Shown piece by piece: positions 1 to 7,869 of a stretch of 20,473 nt of DNA. How positions within the stretch are numbered: the stretch's first letter is position 1; each line of letters begins with the position of its first letter. The translations under genes were made by a program, and so were the position numbers. The stretch is from assembly GCA_018985225.1 (NCBI GenBank), contig JADGIF010000099.1, forward strand, positions 1-20,473, given 5' to 3'. The DNA comes from Amoeboradix gromovi X-113 (Eukaryota; Fungi; Sanchytriomycota). The notes under the pieces were generated by a model. The model saw only the letters and a list, made by a program, of their open reading frames with translations. It was not told the DNA's origin and did not search any database.

Positions 1-84
1 CTCTTGAATCCATAAAGTAATAAAGCTGAAATAATGTTCCAAGTTGTTACAGAAAGTTAGTCCAGTTTTTATATTTGATGTCCC
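1..84 (-). mobile_element. Terminal part of a TIR MITE (second copy of the 5781-6263 element, opposite orientation, truncated by the window edge)
   Basis: 1-84 matches the reverse complement of 5781-5864 at 79/84 nt by manual alignment. Similarity stops sharply after ...TTGATGTCCC (84), followed by flank AATT. Confidence 0.85.
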
Positions 85-189
85 AATTGTTGAAATTAAA
101 ATTAAAGCTGCAAGCATTTTGTGATTTAAAATTCATTTGCAAGCAGAATTTGTTGATTAAAAGCCAAGTCCTATACTCAACTGATCCCA

Positions 190-963
190 ATGCTATTTGT
201 GACATTTGTTACTTCATTAGTAAGTTCTAAGCCATTGCACTTTGAAAGGTTTAGAAACGTGAAGCTAGGTGGGTTATATGATGCTGCTCTTTCGGGAGAT
301 CTCTCTTGTTTGCTGCTTAACAAATACGATGGGTTATATTGCTGGGATACATATGACTTATATGCTGCATTGCATCATAAAAATTCACCCGATGAGCTCC
401 ACAGTATTTCCATATATGGCAACTACGCATGTGCAGGCTATCGTAATGTTTATTGCACCAAAAATTTCAAAGAAGGATATATCGATTGGGTGCTTGTTTA
501 TAGCAGTTCCGACAATGCTAGTTTATCTGTGGAACTTGATGGTAACATTGTTTGCATCACCAGTAAGGACTCAGTGAAGTGCGCGAATTTTTTCACTTTA
601 TTTAGCGATGAACAGGTATGGAGAGAGAAAAAAGTAATTCAAGGTCCTTTAATGGACATATCTATCTCTGGGGAGCTTGCCTGCGTGAATTACAACCAAA
701 ACTTAAATTCAACTATATGCACTGATGACTTTAGTGCTGATAGTCCAAATTGGAAAGCATTGGACGCACCCGTTTTCTCAGTTAAAATCAACAAGAAAAG
801 AAAGTGTGGATTAGATATAAACAAATATTTTCTTACCTGCTATCAGGATGGCAAATGGATCACCGCAACGGAGAAGCAATATTTCTTTGCGCTTGACGAC
901 ACCCATATTATCACATACGATCTCATGTCCATCGGCACACACTCTGTTTCAAGATTCACTTAG
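190..963 (+). CDS. Hypothetical secreted protein, 257 aa
   Basis: Intact ATG-TAG ORF with a short hydrophobic N-terminus (MLFVTFVTSLVSS), rich in Cys and aromatic residues. No family recognised. Confidence 0.65.
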   Translation: MLFVTFVTSLVSSKPLHFERFRNVKLGGLYDAALSGDLSCLLLNKYDGLYCWDTYDLYAALHHKNSPDELHSISIYGNYACAGYRNVYCTKNFKEGYIDWVLVYSSSDNASLSVELDGNIVCITSKDSVKCANFFTLFSDEQVWREKKVIQGPLMDISISGELACVNYNQNLNSTICTDDFSADSPNWKALDAPVFSVKINKKRKCGLDINKYFLTCYQDGKWITATEKQYFFALDDTHIITYDLMSIGTHSVSRFT

Positions 964-1118
964 TAAATCGAGATGAACTTCAGCTTGACTATTTTCTTGA
1001 ATATATCATTTATCGCGAATTTGTATGCATTTTTGCATAATTTCAAAGACTTTTCCAGATTTTTCTAATACGTTAAACACTCGATATTCTTCCTTTTCGC
1101 AAATCGTAAATCAAATGT

Positions 1119-1187
1119 AAAGAAATAAGTAACAGGTACAGCATACATTCATCAACACTGATAAGCTGGTCCAAACATGGTAATTTG
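1119..1187 (+). pseudogene. tnpA: N-terminal MerR-type HTH remnant of IS607-family serine recombinase TnpA
   Basis: Manual translation gives KEISNRYSIHSSTLISWSKHGNL, which fits the IS607 TnpA N-terminal pattern KEAxxxLGVHxxTLxxWxxxGKI. It lies immediately inside the left end, where tnpA starts in IS607. Confidence 0.7.
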
Positions 1188-1405
1188 ATGCCATGCACAA
1201 TATGTGGCACTCTAAAGAAAACCAATTTGGAGAGATATTCATGTACATAGTGACATTGCGAGGTCGACATGGACCACATGGCACCAAGGAACAAATTCGA
1301 TGCCATGTACGAGGTATGGCACTTTAAAGAAAACCAATTTAGAAACATACACATGTACAAATTGTCATTTGGAAATAGATAGAGATCATATGACAGCAAG
1401 GAGTA
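1182..1405 (+). repeat. 112-bp tandem duplication of the Fanzor Zn-finger/RuvC-III segment inside copy A
   Basis: The same motifs recur exactly 112 nt apart: AATTYGATGCCATG at 1182/1294, TAAAGAAAACCAATTT at 1213/1325, CAAGGA at 1285/1397. Confidence 0.85.
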
Positions 1406-1440
1406 CAATACATCAAGTATCTGCATCCTTACTCAATGCC

Positions 1441-1570
1441 ACCTCAGGGTAGTGAAAGCGTGAGCAATCACTGTAACGGAGCATCTAGCATTGCTAGTTT
1501 CTTTGTGGAAATTCTCGATTTTCTCGGAAATCAGGACTTTTAACGAGGAGTATGCAAACTTTTATCAAAA
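1441..1570 (+). ncRNA. Putative Fanzor omegaRNA (scaffold ~1441-1550 plus guide from flank 1551-~1570)
   Basis: Right end of the element, highly conserved with copy B. Contains a GNRA-capped hairpin at 1451-1472 and a long hairpin at 1476-1506. Position matches TnpB/Fanzor omegaRNAs. The 5' end and expression are not demonstrated. Confidence 0.6.
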
Positions 1571-1764
1571 AATTGAAAAGTAGGGAAAATTTAATTGACG
1601 GTAGCAAGTAAAGTAAGTATAGCATAAACTTTTAATTATTCTGCCAATAACCTAAAAAGCTCTTGTCTTTAAATATCGCATTACCGCCTATACAGGCAGC
1701 ATTTTTCTTAATTCGGGTCAATATCCTATTTTCTAGTAAATTGTGAATTATCGGAGTTATTACA

Positions 1765-2187
1765 ATGTTTGTTCGATCTTTTCTTCGATCAAAAGTATCA
1801 TTGAGGACTTATTCATCAAGGGCATTGTTTAACTCCAAGCTTCCAGATCATTATAAATATGGGCCTGGTGGAAAGCCCGGTAAAATTCCAGATGATATGG
1901 AACAAGCGACAGGACCTGAGAGAATTGAGATGATAAGTAATTTGCAAGGTGAGGATCCATATGACATGTCAGTTACAGCATTGGAAAAGAAAGGAACGGA
2001 AAAGAATCCGATTATAGTGAAAAGTCTAGGAATGAGCGATCGTGTTGTTGGTTGTTCAGGTGTTAAAGATGATGGTCATGATATTGTTTGGATCTTCTTA
2101 GAAGGAAAAGAAATCAGAAGATGTACAGAGTGTGGAAATGCTTTTAGACTTGATGATCTTGTCGGGACCGATGACCACGGACATTAA
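1765..2187 (+). CDS. COX4: Cytochrome c oxidase subunit Vb (fungal Cox4), mitochondrial precursor
   Basis: Arg/Ser-rich presequence. Motifs IPDDMEQATGPER, GTEKNPIIV, RVVGCSG..H..W and RCTECG (Zn ligands C-H-C-C) are typical of the COX5B family. Confidence 0.95.
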   Translation: MFVRSFLRSKVSLRTYSSRALFNSKLPDHYKYGPGGKPGKIPDDMEQATGPERIEMISNLQGEDPYDMSVTALEKKGTEKNPIIVKSLGMSDRVVGCSGVKDDGHDIVWIFLEGKEIRRCTECGNAFRLDDLVGTDDHGH

Positions 2188-2580
2188 TGATTTAATAAAT
2201 ATAAAATATTTATTAAATCTTCACTGTCCAGTCTCCCCATTGGAAGCATGAATTCCTACTGTATCGATATCATATTTTGAAGGAAGAATTTTCGATTGTG
2301 GCTTTTGAATGTTGTTGTATACCTAATAAACACATCCTTATTACCACAACTAGCATCTTTCAATACTGTTGATAAGGTATGATGAACCATTTGATACTGA
2401 GTAAGACAATCTAAAAATTCCATTTTTTCTTTAGCACTATCTCCTGATCATCTCTAACGTTTGCAATAAATTAATTAAAACAGTTTTATTTTTAAATTGA
2501 ACCTTGAAAAATTGTTTGGTCATCAATGGGGACTTGGCAGTAACTACTTTATATAATGTTGTTACAAATGTGTTTACTGA

Positions 2581-2901
2581 TTAAAGACATAGCAATGAAA
2601 GTATGATAATTTTGAAGGGAACTTCGTATGTAGCCGACGACTTCTTGTAATATTTTGGATCTATATCGGTAGGTAGGTTCGCTATAACAGATTTGTTAAC
2701 GTTTCCGAAGTTGTTGCCAATTTCAGAGTGAGAAGTACTGTTAGTTACAATAAACCCTGTACTAAGTCCCTCATTGCATTTTTTATAGCAATCACTCCAT
2801 AGTGTCCTCTCCAAGGAGTTGCAGTTAACTACACAGGATTGAACTGCCACAGCATTTTCAAAATTGGCAGATTCAGCAACTAGAACTGCAATGGTAAGCA
2901 T
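2581..2901 (-). CDS. Small secreted, probably GPI-anchored Cys-containing protein, 106 aa
   Basis: Hydrophobic N-terminus, two CxxxC pairs, and a C-terminal SSA followed by a hydrophobic tail (FKIIILSLLCL). Confidence 0.65.
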   Translation of the reverse strand: MLTIAVLVAESANFENAVAVQSCVVNCNSLERTLWSDCYKKCNEGLSTGFIVTNSTSHSEIGNNFGNVNKSVIANLPTDIDPKYYKKSSATYEVPFKIIILSLLCL

Positions 2902-3012
2902 TAATTAATTTAGCCTATTTCATTTTTGACAAACAAGTAATTGGCAGCTAACCAATCAGGATTTCAAAATCGAATCACAAATTATATACAAAACTAGATA
3001 CATCTCTTTAGT

Positions 3013-3094
3013 GACGGTTTGGCACAGTGGTCTAATGCGGTTGCCTAGAAAGCAATTTCCTCCGGGAGCACAGGTTCGAATCCTGTAACCGTCG
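3013..3094 (+). tRNA. tRNA-Ser (anticodon AGA)
   Basis: Acceptor GACGGTT/AACCGTC with discriminator G. Anticodon arm GTTGC-CTAGAAA-GCAAT. Long variable arm TCCT-CC-GGGA. T arm ACAGG-TTCGAAT-CCTGT. No intron. Confidence 0.96.
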
Positions 3095-3335
3095 TTTACA
3101 AAGTTATTCCCCGTATTTTTTATTCTTGTGATAAGTTATTTATTGACACTTGACCAATATTTTATAGTTAATTTCTCACTTTTAAGATACAAATTATGAT
3201 CTGGTTTAATAGTGAGGTCCACAAGGTGCAAAATTCCGAGTTGACTGCGGTTTTTGGATTTTACTACAGCAAAAGCCTAATCATATGTGGGTTTGAACAT
3301 TGGTTGATTAATTCCCTTTTTCTTCGGTTTATCAT

Positions 3336-4520
3336 ATGAAACATTCACTACTAAGGTCTTTGTTATTATTATTTTTAATCTTTACATTATCAATTTTTTG
3401 GAAAAGCGTATATTCTTTCAATGCGGTACTACCATTGAACTACGTATTTAAGTCAAATTTAAAAAGCCATCAGCTTTTGGGCTCCAAAGTGATTAATTCC
3501 AATGGCTATTATAACCCCAGTGTTTTACCACTTCCTAGTGGATTAAATCTTGTACTATTTGGGTTTAAAGTAGGCAGAGTTAGGCAAAAGATTAATGGCT
3601 ACGCCTACAATATTCCGCATTACTGTTTAACTAACACAACTGAGTGTTCTCCGAAGCCCATTAAATTGACTATAGACATCGAAAAATACAAAATACTGGA
3701 CATTAAAGCGGAGTTGAGGGATTTTGAGGATACTCGATGCTTTTATCATCCTAATGGTGATGTAATACTTGTCATATCCTGTCCATCAGCATTGAAAAAT
3801 CAGTTGCGAACCTCTTGCATTGTCAGTGCACAGCAAGTCATTCCCGAGTTAAAGCATATAGTTAACGTTAAACCGGTTTATCCTGCAATGATTTCAGTCG
3901 GGAGTGTTTTATCAGTTTCTGAGTGGCCTAAAAACCAAATTCCAATATTTTTAAATAGCGATTCTATCTATTTGTACGGTTTGAATCCTGATTTAATTTA
4001 CCGATTAAATGATAATGGTAAAACTACAATTTTGTCTAAGTTGTATAATGACTGCACCTCCCAAATGTTATCCGAGTATCCAAGTTTTAGTTCAGCGCAT
4101 CTGGGTAGTAACATGCTGCGACTAGTTTTATGTAAACAAGGTGGGTGTACTCCAAATACGCGCAACACAGTTTTAATTCAAATCGTGCATGTAGTGTATC
4201 TTACCAAGCATACAGTGCGAAATCAGTATCCGTACTACTATAGACTATTTCAGGCAAGAAGTATTGAATGGCCGTACAAACCTGTTTTTTACAGCAATCC
4301 TTTTTTTGTTGACGACTTCGACCCGAATATCTTAATCTATTCTGAATCCATAAATTACAAAATCCCATTTAAGGGAGATCTAACACAAAGAGATATTGGA
4401 TATCTAGATACTGAAGTTGTTCTTGGCTGTGGAATAGACACATGGGAGATTCACATCCCTCTGCTTGTTGATTTTACATTTCGTAAATTTTACGAAACGC
4501 GAAATATTTGCAAAATCTAA
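3336..4520 (+). CDS. Type II membrane protein with a probable five-bladed beta-propeller glycosyltransferase/glycosidase-like domain (GT91 beta-mannosyltransferase / GH130-like)
   Basis: N-terminal anchor. Motifs YYNPSVLP, FEDTRCF and WPKNQIPIF resemble the NPS / EDPR / KNWxPF motif series of this clan. Family call is by motif recall only. Confidence 0.55.
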   Translation: MKHSLLRSLLLLFLIFTLSIFWKSVYSFNAVLPLNYVFKSNLKSHQLLGSKVINSNGYYNPSVLPLPSGLNLVLFGFKVGRVRQKINGYAYNIPHYCLTNTTECSPKPIKLTIDIEKYKILDIKAELRDFEDTRCFYHPNGDVILVISCPSALKNQLRTSCIVSAQQVIPELKHIVNVKPVYPAMISVGSVLSVSEWPKNQIPIFLNSDSIYLYGLNPDLIYRLNDNGKTTILSKLYNDCTSQMLSEYPSFSSAHLGSNMLRLVLCKQGGCTPNTRNTVLIQIVHVVYLTKHTVRNQYPYYYRLFQARSIEWPYKPVFYSNPFFVDDFDPNILIYSESINYKIPFKGDLTQRDIGYLDTEVVLGCGIDTWEIHIPLLVDFTFRKFYETRNICKI

Positions 4521-4558
4521 AGTCTGAAATCCTTGGACATAGAGACCAGAGTTGTGTG

Positions 4559-4593
4559 ATTGGTCCCAAATATCTAGCCAATATGGTGATTGG
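4559..4593. promoter_or_regulatory. Cluster of three CCAAT/ATTGG boxes upstream of the 4665 gene
   Basis: ATTGG 4559-4563, CCAAT 4578-4582 and ATTGG 4589-4593, about 70-105 nt before the ATG. A similar ATTGG/CCAAT pair lies at ~2940-2956 upstream of the 2901 gene. Confidence 0.35.
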
Positions 4594-4664
4594 TTGTTGT
4601 CGGCTGAACCCAGACATTGTCCTATTTTCGATACTTAAATAGTAGTTGATGCTTTCAAGAAGAA

Positions 4665-5012
4665 ATGCTGTTAGCTATTCTTGCATCGGCAATTATACTA
4701 CCTACCAGAGCGATTCTTGTAAAAAGACAAGATGTTCCACCTGATATCCAAATACCGCCCCAAATTTCAGTGAAAGCGGATCCAACAGAACATGTAGACA
4801 AAGCTGCCAAGAGAAAGAGTGCTGCGCCGCCCAAACATGAAGAAGATCCGAATGACTTGGTAAACGAAGACGGTAATTTAACTATCGATGATTATAGGCA
4901 TTATGAGGATATAGTGGACGGCTCCGTTGATGGATCATTTAAACTAACCAGCCTGGAAAAAAGAGGACACAAGGCTACTTCCGATAATGGCGAAGTTAAT
5001 GATTTTGACTAA
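4665..5012 (+). CDS. Small secreted acidic protein with dibasic (KR) processing sites, 115 aa
   Basis: Signal-like MLLAILASA, KR sites at LVKR, AAKR and LEKR, Asp/Glu-rich low-complexity sequence. Confidence 0.7.
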   Translation: MLLAILASAIILPTRAILVKRQDVPPDIQIPPQISVKADPTEHVDKAAKRKSAAPPKHEEDPNDLVNEDGNLTIDDYRHYEDIVDGSVDGSFKLTSLEKRGHKATSDNGEVNDFD

Positions 5013-5168
5013 AATTAGCTAAATTGGCATACTCTTCTATATACCCTTCTAAAAGATGACGTCTAACGTGCTCAGTAAATTTATTTTATTAAATCTTGCT
5101 TTATAAGCAGCCAATATCTTAGATTTCTAACCAAGGTTTGCATGTCAGTACATATGCCGTATGCACAT

Positions 5169-5711
5169 CACCTCTTTAAAATTCTTAACTTATGTGAGAA
5201 TATAAAGAAATTTCAGAAAAACTGCCTGCGCCAGTCGAACCATTACAACTGCTGCTCAAGTTTTAACTCTCCTTGAGTGGAATTGAATAGGTTACTTGCA
5301 CCTGGATTACATATTTTTTATCACCGTTGGTCTTTATCTGCTTCAAAATAATTGCTTGCAGACATGCGTCTCTCTTAGTAGCTTTTCTTCAGAGTTTTAT
5401 ACTTTGTACAAGTTTGACTTGTAAACATCTCATTACATTGCACAATCCATTTCAATTATCTTTGACTAAAATTTTATTTGCAAACCATCATTGGAATGCA
5501 GTAGAGTGCATCCTGTATCGCTTGATGATTTCCTTAGACTCAAATTATCATAATGTGGTAATTTAGAGGCAATTTTCAGAGATGAAAAGAGCGAATGTCG
5601 AATTTCTATGGAATTAGAAACCCATAGAAAGGAGTATTAGATTGGATAGGTGTTATGATAATCACTCTCCCAATTCTGGGAATCAATGTGATAGTAATTT
5701 ATCATGTACTG
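5169..5711 (-). mobile_element. Old, degenerate IS607/Fanzor2-derived element, copy C (left boundary approximate)
   Basis: Minus strand 5446 downward translates IVQCNEMFTSQTCTKYKTLKK (copy B: IIECNESFTRQTCTRCGTLKK). Ends TTTTAAAGAGGTG versus TTTTAACGAGGAG in copies A and B. 5583-5632 aligns without gaps to the left-end region of copy B (about 34/50 nt). Confidence 0.75.
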
Positions 5712-5780
5712 GATGTAATCCAGTAAACTTGTTGCTCAGAGCTTTTCAAATTTCTGTTTCTTTCCTTGAAAATTACATAG

Positions 5781-6263
5781 GAGACATCAAATATAAAAAC
5801 TGGACTAACTTTCTGCAACAACTTTGAACATTATTTCAGCTTTATTATTTTATGGATTTAAGAGGCGAGTGGACATTCAGCTAGTTGCGGAGTTGACGAG
5901 TATAAAAGGAAAATAAATATTCTGTACAGCTATTCTCTTACTCTTTCATCCAATCTTTATTTCAAATAAAATATCACTACTACTCTGTAAAAATTAGAAT
6001 AGATAAGAGTAATGATGTTAGTATAACATTACAAAATGGTTCTAGAAAAGAGTACCGTCTAAGAAAATGCACCTTTTGCTTAGATGCTCAAAGACCTCAT
6101 ATATTTGAACGAGATGCAGGGTCTTCTAGTTTTATTTTGAAGAGGGGATTGAAACTAATGAAAGAAGATTGGTATAATAGAAGATCTTTTATTAATGATA
6201 GCATTTCCTCCTTATGGAGCACCTTTAAAAACGAGTTAGTCTAGTTTTTATATTTGGTGTCCC
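5781..6263. mobile_element. 483-bp non-autonomous TIR DNA transposon (MITE), Sola2-like
   Basis: 30-bp TIRs at 5781-5810 and 6234-6263 (27/30 match), GAG/GGG termini, 4-bp TSD ATAG (5777-5780 and 6264-6267). A second copy occupies 1-84. Superfamily is inferred only from termini and TSD. Confidence 0.85.
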
Positions 6264-6853
6264 ATAGGTCTAGGTCATTCAAAATTCTCTGCATTTCATT
6301 TTTATTGGCTTTGGATATTATCCCAGGATGGTATAACATGAACGAGACTTCTGTATATGATGCATCTCTTCTCTGCAGTGACGGATATAACACTTTATAT
6401 TCATGTGAAAGTAAAGCTAAATACGATTTCCTTAAGAGTAGCGCAAAATTTCCCAACAATTTAAAAGATCAGTTAAAAATTCAATGTGAGCCATGCCAAG
6501 AGGAAAATATTCAGTTTACAGCCAAATGTTCCAGTGATGTAAGCAATGGAAACCATGAAGCATTTTTACTGGAGTTTCAGTGCCATAAAGAAAAAGATGA
6601 ATATTGCTTTGCATCATTATACAATAACAACAACCCAAGCTATATTGATGCCACTTTCAATTGCGATGATCCTTGCCATACGTACTTAGCGAGATATCTT
6701 CAAAGTCAGGGCTTAACTGAGCCGGTAAATTATACCAGATCTGCAGTGTATCAGTTCAGATGGGACAAAGATACAATTGATGATTGTTTATCAGTATCAA
6801 GTGGCAGTATGATTCCTCGTCAATTTCTTATGATGCTAATATTAATGTTATAA
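6254..6853 (+). CDS. Cys-rich, probably GPI-anchored surface protein; 5' end uncertain
   Basis: Open frame with about 11 Cys and a C-terminal SSG plus hydrophobic tail, followed by AATAAA at 6863. The TTG start at 6254 lies inside the MITE TIR. The first ATG (6338) is downstream of the signal-like FKILCISFLLA. Confidence 0.6.
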   Translation: MVSHRSRSFKILCISFLLALDIIPGWYNMNETSVYDASLLCSDGYNTLYSCESKAKYDFLKSSAKFPNNLKDQLKIQCEPCQEENIQFTAKCSSDVSNGNHEAFLLEFQCHKEKDEYCFASLYNNNNPSYIDATFNCDDPCHTYLARYLQSQGLTEPVNYTRSAVYQFRWDKDTIDDCLSVSSGSMIPRQFLMMLILML

Positions 6854-7191
6854 GTAGCGTGAAATAAATGTGGTTTCTATAAATATTAAGTCTTATCACT
6901 CAGCAGTTCAGAACAAATTACATGCTCTACCCAGACAATCGTTTCGCCCATGTTAAAGGTGAAGTTCTCTAATTAATCAAAGATAACATTTTTCAAATAT
7001 AGAAAGCTATGGTTTTTCATTTCGGATAATGATAATAGCTTTAACTCTAATTATCAACATCCGAGATTTTTCTATCATAAAGTAAATGTAAATAACACAA
7101 AAACTGCACGACTGATTAAAAATAACGTTATTGGAGACCTTTAATTAGTTGTCAGCAGAAAAAATACAAGAAATATCCAAAAATCTTTTAT

Positions 7192-7735
7192 TTACATTAA
7201 TGAGCACCTGGTCTGCTCCGTTCTATCCATGAGATCCAGCAGTGATTGAAATATTACATCTTAATTAATCAGTTATACCTATATTTTTGTTAAGCTTTGC
7301 ACTACTCTCTATTGCTATCCCATTCCATCCAGTACTCACTTGTTTGGCTTCCTCGTAGCTAACCTGCCTATTTTGCAAATCGCATTTGTTTCCCACCAAT
7401 ACTATCGGTATAGTATCAAGTCCTGTTAACTGTAGTATCTTATCTCTAATCACCTTCAGCATGGTAAATGATTGTTTTGATGTTATGCTGTATACTAATA
7501 TCACTCCATGTACATTTGCAAACTGAGTACTTATTAGTGTGAATTCGTCAATTCCTGCTGTATCGTGGATCTCCAAATTATATTTTTTGTTTTTATAGCC
7601 ATACAGCTTTGTATATGTAGCGTTTATTGTGGGTTGATAATCATCATTAAAGACTCCTTCTACGAATTGCATAGTCAATGAGCTCTTTCCTACAGAGGGC
7701 GCCCCAACTACTACAATTTTTCTTCCGAGTGACAT
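7192..7735 (-). CDS. RHEB: Rheb-like Ras-family GTPase, 174 aa, two exons (7735-7279, 7259-7192)
   Basis: RKIVVVGAPSVGKSSLTMQFVEG, YQPTI, DTAG, LVGNKCDL and ESSAK motifs. After removing the 19-nt intron the frame ends ...TRCSLM*, a CaaX box as in Rheb. Confidence 0.9.
7260..7278 (-). other. 19-nt spliceosomal intron in Rheb
   Basis: GTATAACTGATTAATTAAG. Contains the in-frame stop, and its removal restores helix 5 and the CaaX box. Confidence 0.88.
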
Positions 7736-7869
7736 GTGAAAATGTCTTGGAAGGGGTATCAACCTGACTCCTAGAACAATGTGTAGCACAATTGGGAGAT
7801 AAGTTGGAGCTCTTTATATGCTCGATCAAGACTACTGCCAGTTAAATAGATTGTTAATAATATATTTAC

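Larger units (their letters stand above)
982..1550 (+). mobile_element. Non-autonomous IS607/Fanzor2-derived element, copy A
   Basis: Left (981-1098) and right (~1303-1550) parts align at high identity with the reverse complement of 13574-14131. Homology starts at c|AG|CTTGAC and ends at GAGG|AG|. Contains a tnpA HTH remnant and a Fanzor Zn-finger/RuvC-III remnant (TLKKTNLETYTCTNCHLEIDRDHMTAR). No TIRs. Confidence 0.9.

Noticed and set aside
963-983. 21-nt GT-AG segment that would extend the 190-963 ORF into the pre-insertion flank
   Set aside because: It adds only about 8 codons, has no homology support, and differs from the 19-nt size of the supported introns.
1182-1405. CRISPR-like reading of the repeated TAAAGAAAACCAATTT
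   Set aside because: Only two units, and the intervening sequence is also homologous, so it is a tandem duplication and not a repeat-spacer array.
1073-1426. 117-aa minus-strand ORF
   Set aside because: Antisense to Fanzor-element copy A. The meaningful remnants are on the plus strand.
2221-2423. Short minus-strand ORF (55 aa from ATG 2423) with a possible 22-nt intron
   Set aside because: No recognisable product in any frame and the splice solution is ambiguous.
5327-5827. ORFs 5327-5566 and 5642-5827
   Set aside because: Non-ATG starts, and they overlap Fanzor copy C and the MITE TIR.
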